Shown here one piece after another: positions 1 to 13,714 of a stretch of 64,000 bases of DNA. The stretch's first letter is position 1. The number at the start of each line of letters is the position of its first letter. The position numbers and the translations under genes were made by a program. The stretch comes from Phoronis australis. Taxonomy: Eukaryota > Animalia > Phoronida. The notes beneath the pieces were generated by a model. That model was given only the letters and a program-made list of their open reading frames with translations. It made no database searches and was not told the origin of the DNA. The DNA lies in contig NMRA01000190.1 of the NCBI GenBank assembly GCA_002633005.1, positions 310,001 through 374,000 of the forward strand, written 5' to 3'.

Positions 1-359
1 ACTCTGTGAACGTTAAGAATTTTAACAATAGAAAGTTTTACATGTCTACTGCTAATGCTAAGAAATTCTTTAAGAAATTCGGCCCTTAATAACGACGATC
101 CTATTTCCTTAAAGGGACATTAACGGTATTACGACCGAAAAATGTTGGATGGGATAAACTTCTAGAAATTAATAGTCTTCGCCAAAGGTATAAACCAACA
201 AAATCTGTTGTGTTTTTGTGGTTTCATTACAAATGTTCAAGGCTCGCCGCTACCTGGCAGACATTCAGGCTGGATTCTTCATGTTTGTGTTTACGTTTAT
301 TGCAGCTGTCTCTTTCCATATATTTATGTGCATTTGAAGCCAAAAGCAATAATATTAAT

Positions 360-777
360 TACAGGGATTATCATTATCTGTAGATAAGCCCACCCGTTGA
401 AACGCCCATGCGGCCGAATAAACACCCATAGACGTTAGTTTGGTGCTACAACTTCTGGTGTCAAGTGTCCAGATAGTGGGGTTGTTTATTCGGAAAAATT
501 CCTCTTAAAAGCCCACTCATCGTCAACTTCTTGTCACAAATTTAGTTTTGTGGAGCATCTAACATTAATAAAAACGAACAGGATGTTGGCGAACAATGCA
601 TTTATCAACATAAAATGTAAAAACAGTTTTAAGTAAAAAATGTTAGTCAGCAAAACTATGACTTTCCGTTTAGATGCCCCCTTTTTTCGAATAAACGCCC
701 GGGCGTTTATTTGGTGTTACTAAAGAGCCTGAAATTTTTCGTTTTCCGAATAGTCTCGTCTACGGAAAATTCCGGTA
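360..777. mobile_element. MITE with TACCGG-type TIRs (Tc1/mariner-like), copy 1
   Basis: Homologous along its length to 38651-39075 and ends in TACGGAAAATTCCGGTA. Confidence 0.65.
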
Positions 778-874
778 GGTGCAAGCGTAAATAAGTGACA
801 ATCATACTGAGAGGAAATAAAAAATCCAGTAGTAAATTAGAAATATAGTCTTAGTTTCAACTAGGAAGACTTAC

Positions 875-3800
875 AGGTCCTTTCATTATGCGAAACATCT
901 TTATTTCCTTATCAGTTTGAATACCCAGTCGGATTAGAACAGATCCAGTGACGTTCTTGCCGTACACGTACCTACACCAAACAATGACAATGTGCTAGGT
1001 TCAAAAAACCAGTCTCTGAACTTGAACGCCAACTTTTTTGACATATTATGCCGAATTTTGTTAGTATGAACACAAGACTTTGTGCCCAGATAACGGTTTA
1101 CTTAGATGAGCACATGATCTTGAGTTAGCGCTTTCTGACCGCTGAATTTTGAGCCGAGATTACGAGTTCAAGCCTGAATTTATACCTTTCATGTAATGAA
1201 CATCACGTGCGAACTTAAATTGTGTTATCATCTGCCAAACCCTTATGTCTCAGACTGGGCACAAACTCAAAACATCACATACTTTGAATTCATAGTGAAA
1301 TAGATGATAAAATGTCAAAGATAAGTTGGAGCTCAAAATTAATAGTGGATAAAAAGCTCTTGACGTAGATACAGCACACGCAGACATCACGCAACTATAT
1401 CAACGTGATCTTACGAGGATAGACAGATAGATACATGCTACAGAAAAGCGATTGATGCACTCATTCCATGTGAACATTGCTCAGCGCCCCGATTCTCTGA
1501 ATTCACCGACTACCAAACACGGTCGCGTGGTCACAAAACAGATTACGCACCCAAAAAATTCGTGTTCGGAGTCATAAATGCGGACCACTGTCCGCCTGAC
1601 ATGGTACACACATAGTAAGGAGAGTATTGCTGTGGTCGTGTACGACCTTCAAGTATCTGATTACCAATATACAAGCACCCTACTCTTTGTATACCTGGAT
1701 GTTCTATTCATACAAGGGGACACAGAGTTCTTTCACATACCAGAATCAACAAGAACAACGCAGAGCTTTGAAATGCGCTCACGCCAGCAACGCAATCAGT
1801 GTGCTTCTAGGGGTGTCGAAAATGAACACTGGGTGGCGAAGAATGTGTCAAATCCACCCCAAAATGGATAGATATTATCGCCATCATAACAGAAACTTGT
1901 TTGCCACATTTCAATAAAAACTTTCAAAGAGCTCTGAAGATGCAAATGCAAACGTACATGTAAAAAGTTATTGCCACCAGGGGGCACAGTGGTAATCAGA
2001 ACCGTCCGATTGTCGAAGGTAGCCGTAGTCACATTTATGATATAAAACTAATAGTGTCAAAATTTCACAAAGATCCTTTAAAGGAGTAAGGAGATACAGC
2101 CGATAAAGCAAAAAAGACAAAAATCGCCACTAGGAGGCATCACGGTTGTCACATCGGTCCACAGATCAATGTTTTCTTATCATGAAAAAAAAAAACGAAA
2201 TCGAAAAAAACGAAAATGACACTAGATGATGTAAAAATACATTGAATCTATACAAAAATGGAAAATTATCATCTCCTTAATAGAAACCCATTAGCCAAAT
2301 TTCACCCAAAAATAGTCTAACTGGTCTGAAGCGCGTCAGAAAACGTTGTCAGCTCCATAGGAACACGTCCACCAAATATCTAAGATCTTACAAAAGGATA
2401 AGGTGACACAGCCGTGTACGAAAAAAACGTCGCTATTGTGCCTAAGTAATAACCTGTCCGAATATCAATGTCAGTAACGGCCTTCTCATCAAAAACACAA
2501 CTGCCAATTTCCACAGCAGTCATCCGAGTAGTTTGGCGGATAGAGAGGAGGACGCCAAAAATGGACTTGAAACTTTTAAAATCCCCACTAGGAAGCGCAC
2601 AATATTAAAATCTGTCCGAAAATAGAAAGGCATTGTCATTACCATAATAGAAACCTATTTGCGAAGTTTCAGGAAAATCCATCAATAAATGAGATACACG
2701 GGAAAACGTAAAAAATGCCAATCAGGAGCCAATCGTCGGATTGGGTGGAAACTAGCCATCTTCTGTTGTCAACTCTACAGGAACACATCCGCCAAATTTC
2801 ATAACGTTCCTGTAAAGGTTTAAGGAGATACAGACGTGGACGCAAAAATGAACAAAATCTCTCTAGGGAGCGGCAGGGTAGTCGACCACGCCCGAAAATC
2901 AAAGTCAACTGCGGCATCCTCGTGAGAAACCTTCAAGCGGTTCAACGTGTAGAAAAGCGCCGGACGCCAAAAAACGGACTCTCAGTTTTTAAAAACGGCC
3001 ACTAGGAGGTGCAGAACCGTCAAAAACGTGTGAAAGTATAAAGGAGTCGTCGCCTTTAAAGTAGTTACCAAATTTAACGAAACTCCATTCAAGAATTACG
3101 AAGATACAGAGGCAACACTAAAAACTAAAACTGCCACTAGGGGGCACAGTGATAGTCGTATCGGTCCGAAAGTCGTCGTCATCCGTCGTCAGCTTCATGG
3201 AAACACAACTGTCAAGAGCTTTAGGAGACACAGATGTGGACGTCGGACGTCAGGACTCCCTGACAGAGATGACGGCAAAATAAACTAGCATAATTAGACT
3301 GTTGGACCATTTAGGTTCTGAGCTGATTCTAATCGATTGGGGTCTCTTTATTTTATTTAAGGTGTATGGAAGTCATAGATCTCACCGAGCCTCCACTTGT
3401 ATAGTAATGTTAGCAGGTTCGTCCAATATGTATTCAGGTACACTAATTTTGACTCCAAATGTTGGAACGACTGAAAATAGAACAAATACATCCGGGACAT
3501 GTAACCGTTATTAAGACAGCTTCGCCCAAAACAAATTTATCATCCAAATGTTCAAGCTGATTTCTTGACGTTCACGTTTTCACATGTTCAATATAACTAA
3601 AAGTTTGCCCAAAACTTTTTGAAGTCCGGTATGTTTAGGTGTTTTGTACATTTCCAAACTTTAATTGCCTTGCCCCGAGGCTGGTTTATATGCAAATAGC
3701 AATTCAATAGCGAGACAGTATATAGTGTCGTTTCTTGGCATCGTTAAAGGAGAATGCCACCCGATTTAAGTAATCATTTTTACCGTCTTAATCGGGCTAT

Positions 3801-6800
3801 ATCTACATCGCCTCTTATACGGTCGACCTTACCTCGCCGAGAGGTGTCGCGTTAATCTGTGAGGAAGGTGAGAAGCGACGCAGCGACGTCAGTGGTTCGT
3901 CTGCAGAGTGAATGCCGCTATATTGCGGTGCATCGGTTCCCGCTTGTGCGAACTATGAAGCTTCGAAAAAAGCGGGTATATCGTTTTTTCGACTTCCTCG
4001 AGAGCCCGAAATGCTTAGGAATTGGCTCACGGTAGTGAAGAATGAAAGGTATGCTGTTAATAGCAAGTATGAGGCCGTGAAACATCTCCGTGTCTGTGGC
4101 CGGCACTTCGTCGACAGTGATTTCTCTGACGAATTCCGGCTTACCAAAGAACTATTCATACGTTCCGTTGCCTATGCATGTTCACGGCGCCTCTCTGGTA
4201 TTTCTTTATCAGTGTATTCCGGTTCGAATTGATAGCCTGTGAAACCTAACGATCTGACCCGTGAAGTCTTCGTCGGATGAGCTCTTGACTAAGTCGGGAT
4301 TGGCGCGGGGCGAGTTGCAATGTAGACGTTAGTTATTATTCTGCGTTCTGTTTCAAAATGAATTATTCTCATCCTAAAATGATCCTCACCAATGCTTATA
4401 TGAAACTGAAACAAAGTCTGTCTCATTAGATACAATGTGCAATGCCTTGGAGTGCTCGTGAGTGCAACTGTTTTGAGAAGCCAGCAATGAATAAACTACT
4501 GCGTTAGGCTACCGGCTTTTGATGCCGGCATTGATAGGTCACGGTAATTGACCGGGCACAGAGGCCGTGTGAGCGCATGCTAATTCAGTGTTTGCTGACT
4601 GAAAGCTGTTGTAAAATGATTACTCGATTTTATATGCTATTGTCACATGTTAGGGGAATCTTTATTTAGAAATACCAATACATTATTCAAATCGTTGTTA
4701 CTGTACAACCTATGCCCTGACGGTCTCTGGAAGGGGAACTTCGCGGCCCCCGACAAGTATGTAGATTTCCAGTTTCGTGGATAATTCACATAAAGTATAC
4801 GTGCACATTATTTCTTTGGCTCACTATTATAGTGACTGGAAGTTTAATTTCCAACTCAAGCAGGTTTATGTTCGTGCCAGTCCCGGTGGCCGCGACGGGC
4901 CTGATCGGGTTCCGAGCCACTGGCCGGGATAACAAGCGTTTTGTGTGTTTAGAACTAAAAACAAAATCACAAGTATAAACAACACAGATCTAGGTTCTCC
5001 TGTCTGTATTTCACGACAGAATACTTCGAATTTATCTCCGAACAGACCTCAAACTCCTGCTACGGCATTACCCTTGGTAAATTGGCCTGCTGAACTTTGT
5101 AGGCTACGGTGTGTCCAAATACCAGTAAATCCGTAACAGCAAAATAAAACAACACGCTTTTGTAAGAATTCGGTGTATTTTTAAGTGTTTTACATCGAAG
5201 TTTGATGATTTATTGGTGGTAAACGATGAATTCAAGCGATAAGCTGACACCACTAACCCGTGTTGAGAACTGCTGAACAGACTGCGTGTGAAACCAATTA
5301 CGTCATTGGATAATTTCAACACCTCCGTCTGCCGTCAGGTGTCAGGTAACGCAACCGAACGTGCCGTTATGGAGTAGAACTACTCGATCTAAATTGATAC
5401 AAAATAGGTTGTTTTCTTGGGTGGCATTCTCCTTTAAGGCAGGACAACTCTAGCGGAAATATCTACCACGCTTCAAAACGTCGCTGAGTTCAGTCAAACA
5501 TTACTAACATTGATCGATTGCAAGAGCGGTTGATTGGGTTACATTTCGTTAAGCGTTTTTTCTTGCTTACTGTTTACTTTAACCGTATTTTGTAACCGAG
5601 GTTACCCAGTCACCAACTCAACAACTATTTTCAAATAATTACAAATATTTTAAGAATGACAATGATACCGTATTCCTTCACTTCAACCTTCAGTGAGCTG
5701 GTGAGTGCGAACTTCTTCCCGTAATACGCGGTTATTGTCCAGTTACCATCAAGGGCGAGGATCGGCAATTTATATGTTTTCACGTAAACGCCATCTTTGA
5801 GAGTCATGATACCTTTTCGTTCGACTACCACATTTTGAGGGTTCTGAAAGGTAAAAACATCTCAAATTCTACAGTGATTGTGCATAATTGAAATTTAGTT
5901 ATTTAAATGTCACTCTTATGCGTTACCGTACTAATTTGACATGAAACTTATACTTATCCCCAACAACAATGATTCAATAGCTATTGTAAAGAGTGTTAAT
6001 TGGAATTGACCTTCCAGGACAGACAGAGAGGCCACATTCTGAATGGAATCGTTCGCCGGAAAATCGTTCGCTAGCATAAGAGAATTAAAAACAGCTACAT
6101 TTCCACCTAACATGTGGCGCCACAGATCTCTGCTTACAGATGCACCAATATACGACGTGCCGTGAAAGGCGAGTCATGAGTGACTGACACAGTTCGCGTA
6201 TAAAATCAGAAGATACTTACCAGAATGTCGATCTGCACTGGTTCTGCCACTGGTCTCATCACATGATCAACTTGAATTAATCTTATTCTCACTGAAACAA
6301 TATGCCCACAATGGAAAATTTCGGCAAGCAGTCTAACGCTTGTGTCGACTGATGAATTTAGGGGAATTGCTGAGCAGCTTAAGTCGTATGAGATTTTTTT
6401 GGACATATTTCCCCCATAATTCGTCGATATAGGCATGCGTAAGACGAATCGAAAAGGTTTGCAGCGACGACTGACCACGCGGGAGTGGTGACGCATACTA
6501 ACTAGAGGACAGGATTTGACTTCAACTTTTTCAACATGAAGACGAGTGTCCAGTGCCCACAGCTATGCAAAAGTATCAACAGGTGGCAGCAGAGGTCATT
6601 GGTCCGATGTGACGGGGTGCGTTCCGTAGATGCACGAAGCACCTACGGCAAGAAACAATGAATTCTATTTCATAGTCCAATATACCGAGCCAGCCATCTA
6701 AACACTTCAGCAAGGATACGCTACTCGCGAAACACCTTTCATTCGCTCGATTTTGCGCAGTCTTGCGTGAACTTGTTTTTTCTCGATTGTCTTACGTTTA

Positions 6801-9800
6801 AGGAAGGTACCCCACTGAGTCTATGCTTTTACTTCAAGAAAAACACATGAAAGAGGTTCCAATTTCCCGATTCTCTATTTTAACGGTTGAGTGCAGTGCA
6901 GTGCTATTCTTTAAAAGGGTTCCAAACCCTGCATTAGTAGATACTAAGTATCATTAGATTGTAAAAACACAATGCTCTGTAAACTCGCCTATCCTCACAA
7001 ATTAGGAGCACACTTAAAAATTCCTGGCGTAATGTTCTCAATCAGAAAACGTGACTAACACGTCGGGTGATCTCATCGACGGTTGTGGGAGAAGACCGCC
7101 CCGTCGATCGGAAATCACGGGATACAGTTTGTCATATACACGTTGTAATATTTAGGTGTTAGGAGATGTACTAACTGTGCAACAGCGTGTGACGGACTGG
7201 ACACAGTTTACTGTGAAATAATTTTAAAATAGTATACTTTTAACCTGCATGTATACCGAAAAGTTTTCCTCGTGGCTTTCGGAAGTCTACATTGTTTTGC
7301 GAGATGTGGTCCATTTGTCATACATTCGTTGAAAATCTTTATATGTTTTATACAAATAAAAAGATATCTACTCACGTACAAGTCGCATGCCAAGCCTCTT
7401 TTTTTCTTCAACCGGGGATTTCTGTAACCGTGACCTGGACGGTTTCACGGAAATCGAGGAAAATTTAAACGATGGCTGCGTGGCGTAAAGCAAATTTCTT
7501 GCAAGAAAAAGGTGATCACAGAAATCTTGGTTACTAAAGCTTTTCTCGCGATTGTGCTGCCTCCAGAGAGCGAACACCAGGAGTAAACCAAAACTATGCT
7601 AGGAAGTCGCTTTTTGAAATGCCGGGTTAGACACTTTGCGGAAACGTCAATGAAAAACACTCTAACATAAAAATTATTCCGTAAATGACATTTGCCAATT
7701 AAAGGAAAATCATAAGAATTCCTCAAATGTAATTCCAAAGCACGAAATCTTTTTTTACGTATTTTTCATTGGATGGGAGCATTTTGAGCATCTAAGGTTA
7801 CGCCGAGATTGTCGAACTTGAAAGCGCCTCCGATGAGCTCTGTTTAGAAAAAAGTCCTGAAAGCGCCCCCCCATGGAGCACTTTGTGGGGGAGCAGTTAC
7901 GGAATAACCCCGTATTCATGACCGGCTGCTGTTTGGCGACTACAGCGCCAATACTGAATGTGTAGTGTGCAAAAACTGTTGAGTGTAACGAGGATACTTA
8001 AAGACAAATTGCTTCATTCTCATTACTTAACATTCCTAATAAATGCCACATCATGCAGGCACGCGTCTTAAACCTTCTAGCTAAGACACGACAGAAAATA
8101 ATTTCCATTCCCAAATAGATAATATAGGTTGGCAAGGAAACGTTGACAAAACCAAGAATCTAAACAGGATTACCTAACCCTTCCTAAATTTCTCTCGCTG
8201 TCGCTTGACTTTTATGTCAAGCGAAATTTTGAGACCAGAATATAAAAGTTAAGCAGCTTGGAGTGAAAGGCATCCATTTCCTTCTTATGCCAGTCGGTAA
8301 AGTCACGTAACCGTACAATATTATTTTAATGTTCAGCCTGGGAGTAACGTTAACAACGGCAAAAAATGTTATACCGACATAGATGTCGATTTTTGTGTTT
8401 TTATCAATATTTGACTGATAAGCAGTTCTATGGGCAGCGAAAAGACTCAAAATAAACAATGCTCCCAAATAGACAGGTTATCTGTCGAACAAACAGGTTA
8501 GTGTGCAAACAGACAGGTTATTTAGGCCCTAGTTTAGTTTTGACAAACATGCATATTAAGTGGTTTAGTTTTTGGGAAACAGACAGGTTATTTAGTGAAC
8601 GAAGATAGAAGAAGTTAGTTGGGCCGAACAGACAGGTTACTTGTAGAACGAACACTGTCAGTTCTAATACACAGGGCAGTCATCGAATGAAAAAGTTGAT
8701 TTTGCCGAACAGCGGTCGAACAGACAGGACAGAGGGCGCTGATGCAACTCGAGAAATTGTTGACGTCACGATGTAATCGAATAGCATGAGCCAAAGTTGT
8801 TTGTGGTAGTCTACAATGAGTGAGGAACACTATTTGTCATCGACCTCTCTACAATAATCTTAGGAAATTCCGATGCGTTTGCTTGTTGAAATATGGCGGT
8901 TGATAAATTACACATAGTAGAACCGTTTACGACAACGTTACATGCCTTCAAGGCCTGGTTCGCGGGTCACGCGGCCCAAATAATCAGTGTCATTCGATAA
9001 TTTTAGTTGAAGTGAAATTGATCACTATTATATGCAATTTGTGTATAATTTTGTGATTGCATATTTTACTGGTATTATATCTTGCCATTTTATGATGATT
9101 TGTAAATAGCGTCAGCACTCAAAGGATCTTTACGTCTTCATTTATTTGACGACATCATCACATGGAGAAGTAAAAACCCTCTTACGAAGTCACTTTAGAA
9201 ATGCCTTCAGGGTACGCCTACATCTGGGGATTGAAGAAGACTATATCCACCAGCTTGACCGGCAAGAACAAGTCACTATCTTCAGGCTAAGAACCGGCCA
9301 CTGCCAGCTGTTCTCCCACATGCATCGCCTGAAAATCTCTCACACAGACGAGTGCCCCTGTGGCACTGGCCCCCAGACACATGAACATTTACTGCAGAGC
9401 TGCCCTGCGTTCGATACCCTAAGGCGCCAGACATGGCCCAGTCCGGTGGAACTCAAGGTAAAACTGTGGGGCCCAACGACATCATTGAGGCGAGTGCAAA
9501 CTTCGCCCAGAAGACCAGACTAGCTATCTAAGCTACATGGCTGGGAACGCTGAAGAAGAAGAAGATTTGACGAAATTTGAAATTTAGTTATTCACTGTTG
9601 CATTCGCTGTACTATCAAAATCAGTTTTGCATATACACAAAATGTTTTAAAAAGCGTCCTTTACGTTACTTTCTTCAATCATTGACGTTCGATCTCTAAT
9701 TGTTGTAATGTTCATTTGCGTGGGCACGAAAAGATAAAACTTCTCACCACAAAGTAACAAAAACTGAGAAGGTGTTAAATGTCATGGCGCCTACAAGCGA

Positions 9801-12800
9801 GGAAGCACATGCGCGCCTTTATGCAAACACTTGACCGAAAGTTTTTCTATGAACGATCGCATTATATCGGATATATACGCGTGTGGGCCTGCCCCCAATT
9901 TAGCAAATGTTTAGATTAGGACATGCCTCCACTGAGGCCTGCACGCAGTACCGCACAGGCCTACATGTGTACAACCATGCACTTTCTCTAAACGTAATTT
10001 TGGGGGACAGACAGTACTCTGAAATATTTGAAGGTGGTGCTTTCATGGAGATCCGAACTATACCGCGAATCCTCGACAACACTACAGTCACATATACTTT
10101 AGGAAGCTTTTTATCAAAATTGCATCAACAAGGAATTAAGCGTAGGATTTTCTCAACCGGAGTGGGAAACGGGCGTTTGAGACCTACGCAGTCATATCTG
10201 TTAAAAGAGTCAAGCGGGGACGTTTGTGAGGAAGAAGTAAGCAACAGTTGACCTCAGAACCCATATGGTGTTAGTCAAAATAACTCAGCTCAGATAGCAA
10301 CACCTGTTGGAGAGTCCCAATCTGAAATACGAAAATGCAGGTTCTGGGAGCAGTCATTTGTTTTCAAGTGGCGCTCTCTGTTCTGACTATCCTCTGACAC
10401 AGCACCACCTATACTGAAAAGTCACCCTGTGGAAACATGATGAACGACCCAAGGAACGACCCCAAGGGTGTGTGTTTGTGTGGTCATCAATGCACATGCC
10501 TTGATCGGAAGTATACCAATCATATCGGTACCTCTTGCACACGCTGTTATGCACTGTACTTGTTTGGTCTTGTTTGGGCTTAAGTCAAAGGTGGTCGCCA
10601 TACTACGTGACAGTAAACAGATAAGGGTTCCCCTGGTTACTGAATTTTATGGTATCGGTTTCATTAGTTTAACCAATGAGAAGCCATGTTAAACAATCTT
10701 CGACAGTGCTACCGTCGTAGCACTGTGAAAGAGTGTTTTCAACTGACGTGCTTGCCTATTCGACAATTGACTTAATTATTTGAAAGTTAAGCCTCTCGGG
10801 TGACACTGTTTGATAACCTACTTAATCACATGCCAACTTCCTTGTTTGCTTAACTGTAGGCACCTGCCTGTACGACAGTATCTGCAAAATTGTCTTGTCT
10901 GTATGGTAAACCATTTTTGGCTTGTTTAGCCTATTTGACGAATCACTTGTCTGTTTCTCAAACCACTTGTCTGTTTGTTAAATCACTTGTCTACAGGTGG
11001 CACTCAATAGCTTTTTGAGCCACGTTTCAGTTTGCTGACCTAATTTCATTAAAAATTGGCGCCTGCTGGGTTCAGGGCCGGGCATTTCAAGTTCTGAGCT
11101 GTGGCCCAAAAGTATCATCAATATTTTAGTTATATTAAATTTTATTTTTCCTTTTTCACCTACGTGGAAATATTTCAACCTAGGCGGAACCATTTCCACC
11201 TGGGTGGAAATTATTTCCACCGTGGTAGAAATTATTTTCACCCTCGTGGAAATTATTTTCACCCAGAGTGAAAATAATTTTCACCGTGGTAGAAATTATT
11301 TTCACCCTCGTGGAAATTATTTTCACCCAGAGTGGAAATAATTTTCACCGGTTGAAAATAATTCCCACCTAGGTTGAATTATTTCCACCTAGGTGAAAAC
11401 GGAAAAATAAAATAATACTTTAACTAAAATATTGTTTATGCTTTTGGGCCACCGTAGCATGTGAAGTCTACAAATGTCATTTGCTTTGCTTGATTTTTGA
11501 GATTGTCAGCTGTTGACCCCTTGACCCACCTTTTGCTCAGCTGTGGCTTTTGTTAAACCTTTACTGAGAAGTTAAAATTTAGTAGAAAATTCAGATACCC
11601 CCAGACTCTTTGGATTTGTGAAAAAATCTTGCTGGTCGACACCCACTTTACACCTGATTTCTGGAATCTGTAGAGTTTTGGGAGTCTGGATGCACTGGTG
11701 GCTTTGGGTGAAAACTGCTGATTTGGCATATTTTGCTTGTTTTTTCAAGCAGCCGTCTGCACTTCCGGTAGTCGTAGAAGATGGAAAAATGACTTTGGAA
11801 TCAGTTTCAACAGACTTTGTGCAAGGTTTTTGAGGCCTTTGTCCCATTATGGTCGTCAAATTTTCAGTTTTTGTATTTCCTGTGGAACATACTGTTGGAG
11901 CTGACTCGACCTCGTTTGAACCTTTTTGCTGCTCATACTGTAGACCTTACGTGATAACCGTTGGGTGTTTTGAAACTCTGTTTGACAGAGAACACCATAG
12001 ACGTATACATAAAGAATAAACATACAAACCGTCCTGGTTAGCCGAGTAGACGGGTTTATCAGTTTGGATGAAGACGAAACCATTTCGAGGGGTAACAAGT
12101 AATTTGAGTTCTCTCTGAAACTCAAGTTCCGTTGAATTTCCTCTGGTCACCATGAAAACGTACTGTTCGCCCTGCAGCTGAATATCGCGAGGAGTTGCCA
12201 CTAAAATTTCCGTCGGTTTGCCTGTTTGAGAAAAATCAATGATTAAAATACACTCGTCCATGCACAACGACATCTGAACAATGGGTAAAACTATTCTGAT
12301 ACTTGGGGTTCCGCCTCAAAGCCATTTTTATCTGCCTACTTGGGATGGCACTTGTGTTCTTCCTGCGCCAGGTGGTGTTTTAAACAGTGTTCGATTCCAA
12401 CGTCCAGCCGCACCCTCCCTTCCCCCAATGGTCCCCTCGCCGTCAACAATTTCGGCCCACGAAACACTGGCCATCACCACTCCACATGCCAATAACTTGG
12501 TTTACAAGTCCCGTTCGAGTTTTACTTTTATTGTTTTCTTTGCCATGATTGTGGAATATCGACATGAAAGCTGGTTGGCTTCCGAGTGTGTTTCTTTCAC
12601 ATTTTATTTGATTAAAAAATTTAATGAACATTGAAAACGATTGTTGGCTGTACATCTAAGACGGTCGACATTTTTAAAGGGACATTATTGGTCTTACTGC
12701 CGGTGGGTGGGATGGACGTCTTGAAGTTATTAACTTTGACCAGAACTATGAAACAACAAATTAAACCCGCCCGCTATGTTTTTGTGATTTCATAACACAT

Positions 12801-13668
12801 CGCCAATTTGCATCGTTGTCTGGCATTAGCAGACATTCGCTGAAATCAAGGCTATTTAAATTCGCTCATGCTCAGATAATGTTCACCAATAAGGACAAAT
12901 CTGAGGCTACGAAAATACCCGAGATATATGTACATGCGAGTGTCTTATGTGTGTGGAATGTGCCCCCGTTTATCTCCACAGGTCGCATGGCCTAGAAGTA
13001 GTGAAACACGTTTTGGACTAAACAATACATATCTATTGCCTGTGGTAATTTCAGTGACAAGTGAAGCAAAACACAGGGTATGCGCTTTTCATCATAAAAT
13101 ACGTAAATTTGCGTGATCCGTACTCAATATTTACCAAAAGTGCTGGCATTAAAGACAATACTCGATACTTGGGACATGTTCTGTGATGCAAGACACTTGC
13201 GGTGAGAAATCTTGACTAGTGGAACGCAAATAGTGAGTTTAGATACAATTTTCGCCAACAATAAAACAACTCATTTTCTGACTCACGGTAGTAAGGTCGG
13301 GATCTTAAGTCTAAGTTTTACTGACTTAATTTTGCGTGGCTCGCAGTAATTCGCCTTTTGAAACGGCCAATGAAAATTACATGAGCATTTTTGTCGCTAA
13401 AAAACTACTTTGTATAATACATGGGGCAACGAGGGACAGTAAATGATGATCAAACGTGGACGACTACTGTAAATTTCTAAGTGGCTTTTGTTGCATTTGG
13501 GACTACGAAATTTTCTGAATGACGTTCAAGGCCCTGTACGGAACAGGTAAATATTTTTTCCATGATTTAATACGCCACAACAGTGGCTGTAGAACAGTAT
13601 TATAATCATCATCATCATCATCATCATCATCGTCATAATCGTCATCATCATCATCATCATCATCAACT

Positions 13669-13714
<46 letters not shown>

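Noticed and set aside
3744-5437. piggyBac assignment from the TTAA TSD
   Set aside because: The termini are AGG rather than CC(C/T), and the THAP domain points to Kolobok.
9907-10251. 114-aa ORF
   Set aside because: No recognisable motif; it lies antisense in a C3 intron within probable transposon interior.
11160-11400. Regular ~21-bp repeats resembling a CRISPR array
   Set aside because: Units are contiguous with no unique spacers, sit inside TIRs, and the DNA is eukaryotic.
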